DNA of 61,940 nucleotides, filler included, from Stramenopiles sp. TOSAG23-3 (taxonomy: Eukaryota), in assembly GCA_900128585.1 (NCBI GenBank). It is 18 parts of 18 records of this genome, joined end to end, with 100 filler letters (N's around TTAATTAATTAA, not from the genome) between each part and the next. Parts side by side here need not be neighbours in the genome. Positions count along the whole stretch, not along the records: positions 55,190 to 58,516 come from LT644286.1; positions 58,617 to 61,940 come from LT644287.1; 16 more parts are not named here. One strand, written 5' to 3'. Numbering within the stretch: the first letter of the stretch is position 1; every line of letters starts with the position of its first letter. The translations under genes were made by a program, and so were the position numbers. Shown piece after piece: positions 55,190 to 61,940 of the stretch. The notes beneath the pieces are model-generated. The model had not been told where the DNA came from. It ran no database searches and saw nothing but the letters and a program-made list of their open reading frames with translations.

Positions 55190-56562
55190 ATTTGGCACGC
55201 TTGAAACTGGGAAACGAGGTAATATTGTACACGACCGATGGCGGGAGTGAAAGTTTCATGGAGAGGGGCACTTTTGCTGGAGGGCAGCTAGTTTCCTTCG
55301 GCGATGGCTGCGGGAACGCGACCGCGACTTGGGAAGTGCAGAAAAAGTTCAACCCACCGGGCCAGTCGCCTTTTATGTGCACGGAATTCTACACTGGTTG
55401 GCTGACACATTGGGGAGAGAACTATACAGCGACTAGCGCAGACTCTGTCGTGTCCAGTTTGAGGCAAGTATTGGAAGCTGGCGTCCCTGGTTCTGGGAGC
55501 GTCAGCCTTTATATGGCGTTCGGAGGGAGTAACTTTGGATTTTGGAGCGGTGCCAACGGAAACGGTGGGTCAGGGACTGCTCAAAACTATCGGCCAGTTT
55601 TGCAGTCATACGACTACAACGCCCCTATTGCGGAAGGGGGACAGCATGGTATTGGTTTGGACGGGAGCGATAAGTTTTTGGCCGTGCAGATGCTGTTAAA
55701 AGAGGTTGTGAATGGCAGCTTTCCACCGGAACCCCCGCAACGGAAGAAAGTTGCTTACAGCACTGTTTTCTTCAAGAAATGGGCGTCACTCTCCGAGAAC
55801 GTGGCAAAGGTAGCAACGACGGAGGAACAAATGAAAGATCTTCAACCGATGGAGACCATTGGGTGTTATTATGGATTCATTTTTTACTCTGGAAAGCTGG
55901 CAGCAGACTTGAGGGGAGGGACCGTCCTCACAATTAATTCCGTGCAAGATCGCGCACTAGTGTTCATCAACAAGGTCTACATTGGTCAAATCAGTCGTGC
56001 CGACGCAGTCGACTTTTCGAACGTTACAATTGGAAGCAGTGTGGGCAATGGGAGCACTATCGACATTTTGGTCGAAAACGAAGGTCGAGTTGGCTATTCA
56101 CACGCGATGGACGCCGAGCAGAAAGGCATTTTAGATCCGGACGGGATCTTGGTCAACAACTCCACGGCATTGCAAATTCAGGGATCTTGGTCGGCGTCAT
56201 GCCTTGCCTTGGAAAACTCCACCGCCTTTGTGCCAAAGATATCTTGGAATAACGAGGAAGGAGGACGGGCGGACAATGCTGCGACCACGTTTTACCAAAG
56301 CACATTCTCGGTCGAGGAGAAGAACCTTGGGGACACATACTTGAACATGACATTATGGACAAAGGGGTTGGCCTGGGTGAATGGTCATTTAATTGGCCGC
56401 TTTTGGTCGAAAGGGCCGCAGAAAACCCTGTTCATCCCCAAACCATTGTTAAAGGCAGGAACAAATGACCTTACCGTGCTCGAGCTGCTCCCGGCTGCCC
56501 CGGGAAGCGCAAAAAAGTCAGTGTCGTTTTCAACAGTTCCCATTTACGAAAACGTGGAATGA
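55190..56562 (+). CDS. GH35 beta-galactosidase, 5'-partial
   Basis: LYTTDG, nucleophile motif MCTEFYTGWLTHWGE, YMAFGGSNFG, SYDYNAPIAEGG, ILVENEGRV, KGLAWVNGHLIGRFW. Confidence 0.95.
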
Positions 56563-56729
56563 CCGACATAGGCCTGAAGATGTCGATGGAGGAAAGGGTT
56601 TCTTAAAATAGAATAATTAGTCGAAATTGTGCGTGCGGTAGTACAACATTAATGTTTTTCGTATCAAACGAATTTTGAAACAAAATGTTTAAAAATAAAA
56701 TCTGAAGAAGATAAATTTTAATTTATTAA

Positions 56730-56766
56730 TACTTAAATAACAACAGCCATTTTTTTGTTTTTAAAT
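56730..56766. repeat. Single degenerate copy of repeat family A
   Basis: TACTTAAATAACAACAGCCATTTTTTTGTTTTTAA between convergent stop codons. Confidence 0.7.
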
Positions 56767-56799
56767 TCTTAAATTAGTTAAAAATAAAAATTTGTTTTC

Positions 56800-58179
56800 T
56801 CACAATTTCTTCTTCTTCAGCTCAATGGTTGGAGAAGTTGGCGCCTGGACAACTTTGAAGTGCACAACGCAAAGTTCTGATTTATCATTCAAGTCTTTGT
56901 AAAATTTCTTCAAAACCGTCTTCAGAGCAGCGGCGCTCTCCAAATTTTCCAAACGCGCTAACTTGTCGTCTATGTTTTTGTACAAACGTTTTTCCACCGC
57001 CGTGACCTTGATGACGGCGAACGTGCTGCCACTTTGGTCCGTCGCCGATACCTGCATGCCAGGAACAAAGTCGCCGACCCGTTCGATACTTCCCCCCTTT
57101 TTCTGAAATTTATCGACGCGGGTAGTCGCAGTCTTTTCCCCAGATCGAATTATATCCACGAACTCATCGGAAAAGTTCAGCTCACGCCGCTTTGAAGATT
57201 TGTTTGCAGTCTTCAACCAAAAGTAGAAGGCAACACCAGCGGTAGTCAGGACAACCCCAAAAAGTTGAGCCGCCCAAGACGTCGATTTTTGCGCTTGGGG
57301 GAACAAAGCCCACCCAAGGGCGGTGGACGCGATGAACTTGGCGTTGCCCAAAATTTGGTACGTTGTCGAGGATGTGCGGGCCACAACGGTCGGGGATATA
57401 ATATTCACACCAAACGCCAGCACGCATGTAACTCCTATGGAAAAAAACAAGCTCAAGTCCCCGGTACGCAAACGCTCTTGCACGGGGCTCTCCCCTTGGG
57501 TTTCTATCAAGAGGACGAACAGCAGGCAGAAGAGCCCCCTGTACAGCAACGTTGCCTGTTGTACTTGCATTGTACTCGCACTGTACCACCTCGAAATTTC
57601 CCCGAACAGTATCTGGTCAAAGACGTTAAAGAATGTCGAACAGAAGCCAACCAGGAGCCCCCCGTGCGAGACATACTCTGCGACGGCCACGTCGTCACCG
57701 GCGTTTTCGGAAGCCCAAATATTGTCAAAGTGTTCGGAAAATATCACGCAAAGCGTACCCCCGCAAATTGTTGCCAACGAGAAGCACATTCTCCATGAGA
57801 GTGAGTGAATGTTCAGTAAGGAGTAGACGCACGCAGAGACCGGGATACCGAGCAGCTTGAAAGATTGGTACACAGCGACCGAGTTCAGGTGCAACGACCA
57901 GTTGCACGATAAGATCGCCAAGCCACTGGAAGCTGCATACAACAAGGCAGCCCAGAGGGGTATGCGCTTCCGAACAAACACTCCGCCAGACTGCATTGAC
58001 GTAACGAACACCGCATTGACAAGAAAATGACACGACGTTAAGAACAATGGGAACTTGAAGTTTTTCGTGTTCAGCACCACTTTGTTTGCGATTACTATGC
58101 CCACAGAAACCAACAAAGACGCAACCATGTAAAGGACAGTAGTAACATTCAGCAACTCCGAACGCCCCCGCGGCGACAT
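56800..58179 (-). CDS. Nucleotide-sugar transporter (TPT/SLC35E-like) fused to a C-terminal YqfB-like ASCH domain
   Basis: SVGIVIANK, FPLFLTSCHF, NWSLHLNSVAVYQSFKL, RTSSTTYQILGNAK and many TM helices, then in frame FSDEFVDIIRSGEKTATTR..ARLEN..LKKFY..VVHFK. Confidence 0.85.
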   Translation of the reverse strand: MSPRGRSELLNVTTVLYMVASLLVSVGIVIANKVVLNTKNFKFPLFLTSCHFLVNAVFVTSMQSGGVFVRKRIPLWAALLYAASSGLAILSCNWSLHLNSVAVYQSFKLLGIPVSACVYSLLNIHSLSWRMCFSLATICGGTLCVIFSEHFDNIWASENAGDDVAVAEYVSHGGLLVGFCSTFFNVFDQILFGEISRWYSASTMQVQQATLLYRGLFCLLFVLLIETQGESPVQERLRTGDLSLFFSIGVTCVLAFGVNIISPTVVARTSSTTYQILGNAKFIASTALGWALFPQAQKSTSWAAQLFGVVLTTAGVAFYFWLKTANKSSKRRELNFSDEFVDIIRSGEKTATTRVDKFQKKGGSIERVGDFVPGMQVSATDQSGSTFAVIKVTAVEKRLYKNIDDKLARLENLESAAALKTVLKKFYKDLNDKSELCVVHFKVVQAPTSPTIELKKKKL

Positions 58180-59235
58180 GGTTCCAATAAAGAAAGGGTC
58201 GCAACGACTACCACAACTATACGAAAGGATCAAAACGATTTAAAAAAAGGAAAGAACCGTGTACACGTTTACACATGAAGTTAATTTGTTCCTACATCCC
58301 GGTCGTAAAATGCAATTTCTTTTCTCTTTTTTATTTTACAACTCAAACATTCATACTCTCTCTCTCTGTATTTTAATCTGGGGAAATGTTTGTTTTTTCC
58401 CGTTCCTTTTAAAAATTGAATTTGGCCACCATCATCACCACCACCAGCCTACTTTTTCCCGGCGCGCTGGTGGGACGGTTTCCCGACAGCAAATCGCTCA
58501 AATCTTCCGCAAAAATNNNNNNNNNNNNNNNNNNNNNNNNNNNNNNNNNNNNNNNNNNNNTTAATTAATTAANNNNNNNNNNNNNNNNNNNNNNNNNNNN
58601 NNNNNNNNNNNNNNNNGGTGGGTGGGTAGGTGGGTGGGTACGTGGATCACGTCCTCCGCTCTTGGTGTTGTCAGAGAAGGGGAAACGGGAGAACGGTCTG
58701 GTCTTAATTGTATGGACAATGTTTTCTGTTTCAGTTCTAATATTTATTGGAATTGTGTGTGGATTTAAAACAAACCGTTGATTCAAATTCTTCTTCTTTT
58801 TTTGGTTTAAAAAAAAAAGAAAAAATTATTCTTTTTTTTTTTTTAATTTAAAAAATCCATTCGTTATTTAAGGAATTAAGTTTAAAGTACAATCTATTAT
58901 TTGAAACGTTCCTACAAATTGCATTCAATTACAAAAGTTAAAAATATTAATTGTAAAACTTACCTAAACTAGAGAATGTCCGGGTTCGCCTCTTTTCAAT
59001 CTCAAAAAACAACAAAGAAGAAGCAAGAAACGAAAGGGAACAAACATAAGGGAAAGAAGGTTCAAAAAAGGAAACGTGACAAATCCTTTGAACTTCCCTT
59101 TTTCAATATTTTGGATAAATGCCACACATTGATCTACATTTTACAAATAACAAATTACGAAAACCGTTGAATCGTCTTTCTTCTTCAACGGCTTTACTCT
59201 CTCTCTCTCTCTCTCTCTCTTCCAACCCGTTCCCC

Positions 59236-60525
59236 TCACCCCTCTCCAACATGTACAATTTGGTGTTCCAACAATTTTCGAAAATCACCACCACTCCCGG
59301 ACAATACTCCATTCACTTGGCTTGTTTCGTACCCACTTCGGTGGTCTTTCAACAATGTGTATGGGTGCAAGATGTACGATCGAAAGTGCTGCCCCCATGC
59401 GTTCTCGTCCAAGCCTTTGTACGCTTCTTCGCGGGACTTTGCAATTCTCTCCAATTCCGCCGCGTACAATTTGGCCGTCAACAGCTCCATCGCATGCTTT
59501 CGGTTCGCGTGCTGGCTCCGTTGGCTCTGGGACGCCGCAACGATCCCAGTCGGCAAATGGGTTAGCCGAACGGCGCTGTCCGTCGTGTTGACGTGCTGCC
59601 CCCCCGGGCCAGAGCTGCGGTAGGTGTCGACCTTCAACGTCTTCCCGTCGACCACGTCGAACCCAACCGCGCTCGCCCGGCGGGGAAACAACCTCACTCT
59701 GGCGAACGAGGTGTGCCGACGCTTTTGCGAATCAAACGGGCTCTGTCGCACCAGCCGGTGCACGCCTTCCTCGTGCTTCAGCATGCCGTACACGTACTCG
59801 TCGCCCTTCCCCCGGTCGCCTGTGATTCGCAACCGGCCGTTACGGTGCCCCGCAACGTCCCCGTGGGACTCGTCCTCCCGCCGAACCTTGTACCCTTGGG
59901 ACACGGCATAATTCTCGTACATTCCCAAAAGCATGGACGCAAAGTCCATCGAATCGACCCCGCCCGCTCCAGCGTTCACTTCCAGGTACACGTCGTGGCA
60001 CCGGTCCGCTTCGGCGTCCAAGAACGCCTCCAGCTCCATCTTCGACGCGTGCGCGCTGAGCTCGTCCAACTTGAGCGTGCACTCCTCGACAAGGTCCTCT
60101 TCGCCCCCGTCCACCATTGCAAGCGCCAACAACTCTTCGAGCCCGCCCATGTCCTCCTTCGCTTCCGCAACGCCCTTTAGCGTTTTCTCCAGGCGGTAGT
60201 ACTCTTCGTACACTTCCGACGGGGCCACCGACCCCTTTGTGGCCATCTCCTTCATTATGGTGCCCAGCTCGGACGCCCGAAGCTTTTGGCCCCCAAGTTT
60301 TCGATCGATACGATTCAATGTATCTTCGCACGTCCGCAGCAACCGTGCAACGTCGTGGCCGATTTTCCCAGCAGCACTCTTCCACCGTCGAAGCGGCGAG
60401 CTTGTCCGGACAAAACGGGGAGGTGGCACGGTGCCGTTTCCCCTTATTAGCATTGTCCTCACACCTCGACGTAGTGCAGAGGCACGACGAAACGGTCGAG
60501 AGTGTCCTAAATACCGTTGAATCAT
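59236..60525 (-). CDS. prfB: Organellar (probably mitochondrial) peptide chain release factor 2
   Basis: Arg-rich presequence; AGAGG; EEGVHRLVRQSPFDSQKRRHTSFA (SPF); GPGGQHVNTTDSAVRLTH; RSYILHPY; single continuous frame. Confidence 0.93.
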   Translation of the reverse strand: MIQRYLGHSRPFRRASALRRGVRTMLIRGNGTVPPPRFVRTSSPLRRWKSAAGKIGHDVARLLRTCEDTLNRIDRKLGGQKLRASELGTIMKEMATKGSVAPSEVYEEYYRLEKTLKGVAEAKEDMGGLEELLALAMVDGGEEDLVEECTLKLDELSAHASKMELEAFLDAEADRCHDVYLEVNAGAGGVDSMDFASMLLGMYENYAVSQGYKVRREDESHGDVAGHRNGRLRITGDRGKGDEYVYGMLKHEEGVHRLVRQSPFDSQKRRHTSFARVRLFPRRASAVGFDVVDGKTLKVDTYRSSGPGGQHVNTTDSAVRLTHLPTGIVAASQSQRSQHANRKHAMELLTAKLYAAELERIAKSREEAYKGLDENAWGQHFRSYILHPYTLLKDHRSGYETSQVNGVLSGSGGDFRKLLEHQIVHVGEG

Positions 60526-61273
60526 CGCGCTACCATTCTACCTCTCTCTGTGTATATGTACGGTGGCCCTTCTATCTCTCGCCCTTCGTCTTTCTCTCTC
60601 TTGCTCTCAGGTTTTTCAGGTGTGTGGCCTTTCTTTCAGGTGTGGTCTTTCAGGAACACGAAGAAACAGTAAACAGAAGAGGGATACGTGGAGGGAGCTT
60701 AAAGTGGCGATGACGATGAAAGAACACACAGCATAAACCCAATAAAAATACGTTCACCCTAATCTTAAAAAGCAACATTCAAACACAATTCCATTCATCT
60801 CCCTTCAAGTCGTTCCTTCAATTCCCATTTCCATTTTGGTACAATGTCAACAAAAACTGTGGGTGAGGAGAAAAAGAACAGGAGAACGAACGAAGAAAGA
60901 ACGAAGAAAAGAAGAGATTTTTCTTCTTCTTTTTTCGAATCTCCATGCTCCATGTTAACGATAGGGTTCATATATTAACCCTATTCGCAACACTATCTCT
61001 AACCCCATCTTTGAAACATAACCCTACTTTGAACACCCATCCTGTAATTTTCAGCGCGTCACGGTTCAATGAGGTCGTTTACATACCGATGTGTTTTTTA
61101 AATATATCAATATACAATACATAATAAAAGTAATTAAATATGTATTTAACATAATTGATTTTCCGTCCGGTTCGCCGGTGTGAAACCATTTTCCTCCTTT
61201 TCCTCTTCTTCTTCCTTCCACAATTATTATTCCTTCTTCTTCTTTTAATTATAATAAATACCTTTCTTCTTCT

Positions 61274-61312
<39 letters not shown>

Positions 61313-61488
61313 ATTTGTCACAATTCCTTTAACCTATAATTTCAACTCCGATTTCAATCCCTATTTCAATATCAATTTCAATTCCAATTCGGAAACCATC
61401 AACCTGTGTGCATGTTTATCTTTCCTTTTCCCATTCACCCAGCGATTGACTTTGAATTTGAATTTGATTTTGATTTTGATTACCTACG

Positions 61489-61940
61489 ATGCGATTGACA
61501 ACGTTTCTGTTCTTGGCGTTCTCTTGCGTATGCCTCGGGCTGGTCACGCTCAGCACGACCTCCGGGGCGTCTCCGGTAGTCTCCGACTTGAAGAACGTCA
61601 AGGGGGGGTTGGCGTGGCCTGAACTCTTGGCGTACTCCCCGGTTGCCTCGGGAAAGGCAACCGTCGTGTCCGGAAATGCACGGTTCACGGTGCTGACCGA
61701 CCGCTTGGTGCGTATGGAGTACGTCGCGGACGCCGCGAACAAAGGCTTCGAGGACCGGGCGACGACGGCCTTCCTTCAGCGGAGCCTGGCGGACGTCCCA
61801 GACTTTCAAACGAAGACGTCCGACGGCGTGCTGACGATCACGACCGACGCGGTGGAGCTCTCGTACAAGGTCGGGGCGGAGTTCTCCGCCGACACGCTGG
61901 GCATCAAGAGCGTCTTGCCCAAGAGCGCGTTCACCAGCTG
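61489..61940 (+). CDS. Secreted GH31-type glycosidase N-terminus, 3'-partial (absent from the ORF track)
   Basis: Own translation from ATG 61489: MRLTTFLFLAFSCVCLGLV..SPVASGKATVVSGNARFTVLTDRLVRMEY..FEDRATTAFLQRSLADVPDF, typical of the N-terminal domain of GH31 enzymes. Confidence 0.75.
   Translation, partial: MRLTTFLFLAFSCVCLGLVTLSTTSGASPVVSDLKNVKGGLAWPELLAYSPVASGKATVVSGNARFTVLTDRLVRMEYVADAANKGFEDRATTAFLQRSLADVPDFQTKTSDGVLTITTDAVELSYKVGAEFSADTLGIKSVLPKSAFTS

Noticed and set aside
3368-58616. TTAATTAATTAA palindrome recurring every approximately 3.45 kb
   Set aside because: Always centred in 88 Ns; it is an artificial six-frame-stop linker, and the periodicity comes from length-sorted contigs
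60961-60986. Small hairpin ATAGGGTT..AACCCTAT between divergent genes
   Set aside because: An 8-bp stem in AT-rich DNA is within chance expectation
55190-61940. Apparent carbohydrate cluster (GH35, transporter, GH31)
   Set aside because: GH31 is on a different contig; only GH35 and the transporter are truly adjacent, and they are convergent

Overview
This is not one locus. It is a pseudomolecule of 18 unlinked contigs of about 3.3 kb, sorted by decreasing length (3367 to 3324 bp) and joined by 17 artificial 100-bp spacers (N44-TTAATTAATTAA-N44). Gene neighbourhoods across spacers mean nothing and many genes are cut at contig edges. The DNA is nuclear DNA of a unicellular eukaryote: standard code, about 30 compact genes with no evident introns, and AT-rich intergenic DNA with microsatellites. 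The gene set (CYFIP/WAVE subunit, YIPF6, ceramide synthase, organellar ClpX and RF2, GH35, GH31, MORN/LRR/VWD proteins, globular-domain-less H1) fits a heterotrophic protist, plausibly a marine stramenopile; the taxonomy is inference only. Most notable observations: (1) a nucleotide-sugar transporter fused to a YqfB-like ASCH domain with its Lys-Thr-Glu catalytic residues apparently intact; (2) a ZNFX1-like helicase ending in a RING plus RBR-RING2-like module; (3) an approximately 60-bp repeat family scattered as truncated copies just downstream of stop codons on four unlinked contigs; (4) a clpX+YIPF6 contig bounded by a perfect 79-bp terminal inverted repeat; (5) an approximately 380-bp foldback and a hairpin-unit array between divergent genes; (6) a pseudokinase with EF-hands inside its C-lobe; (7) two +1 frame breaks at poly-C runs. 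All domain calls are by-eye motif recognition; no searches were run.
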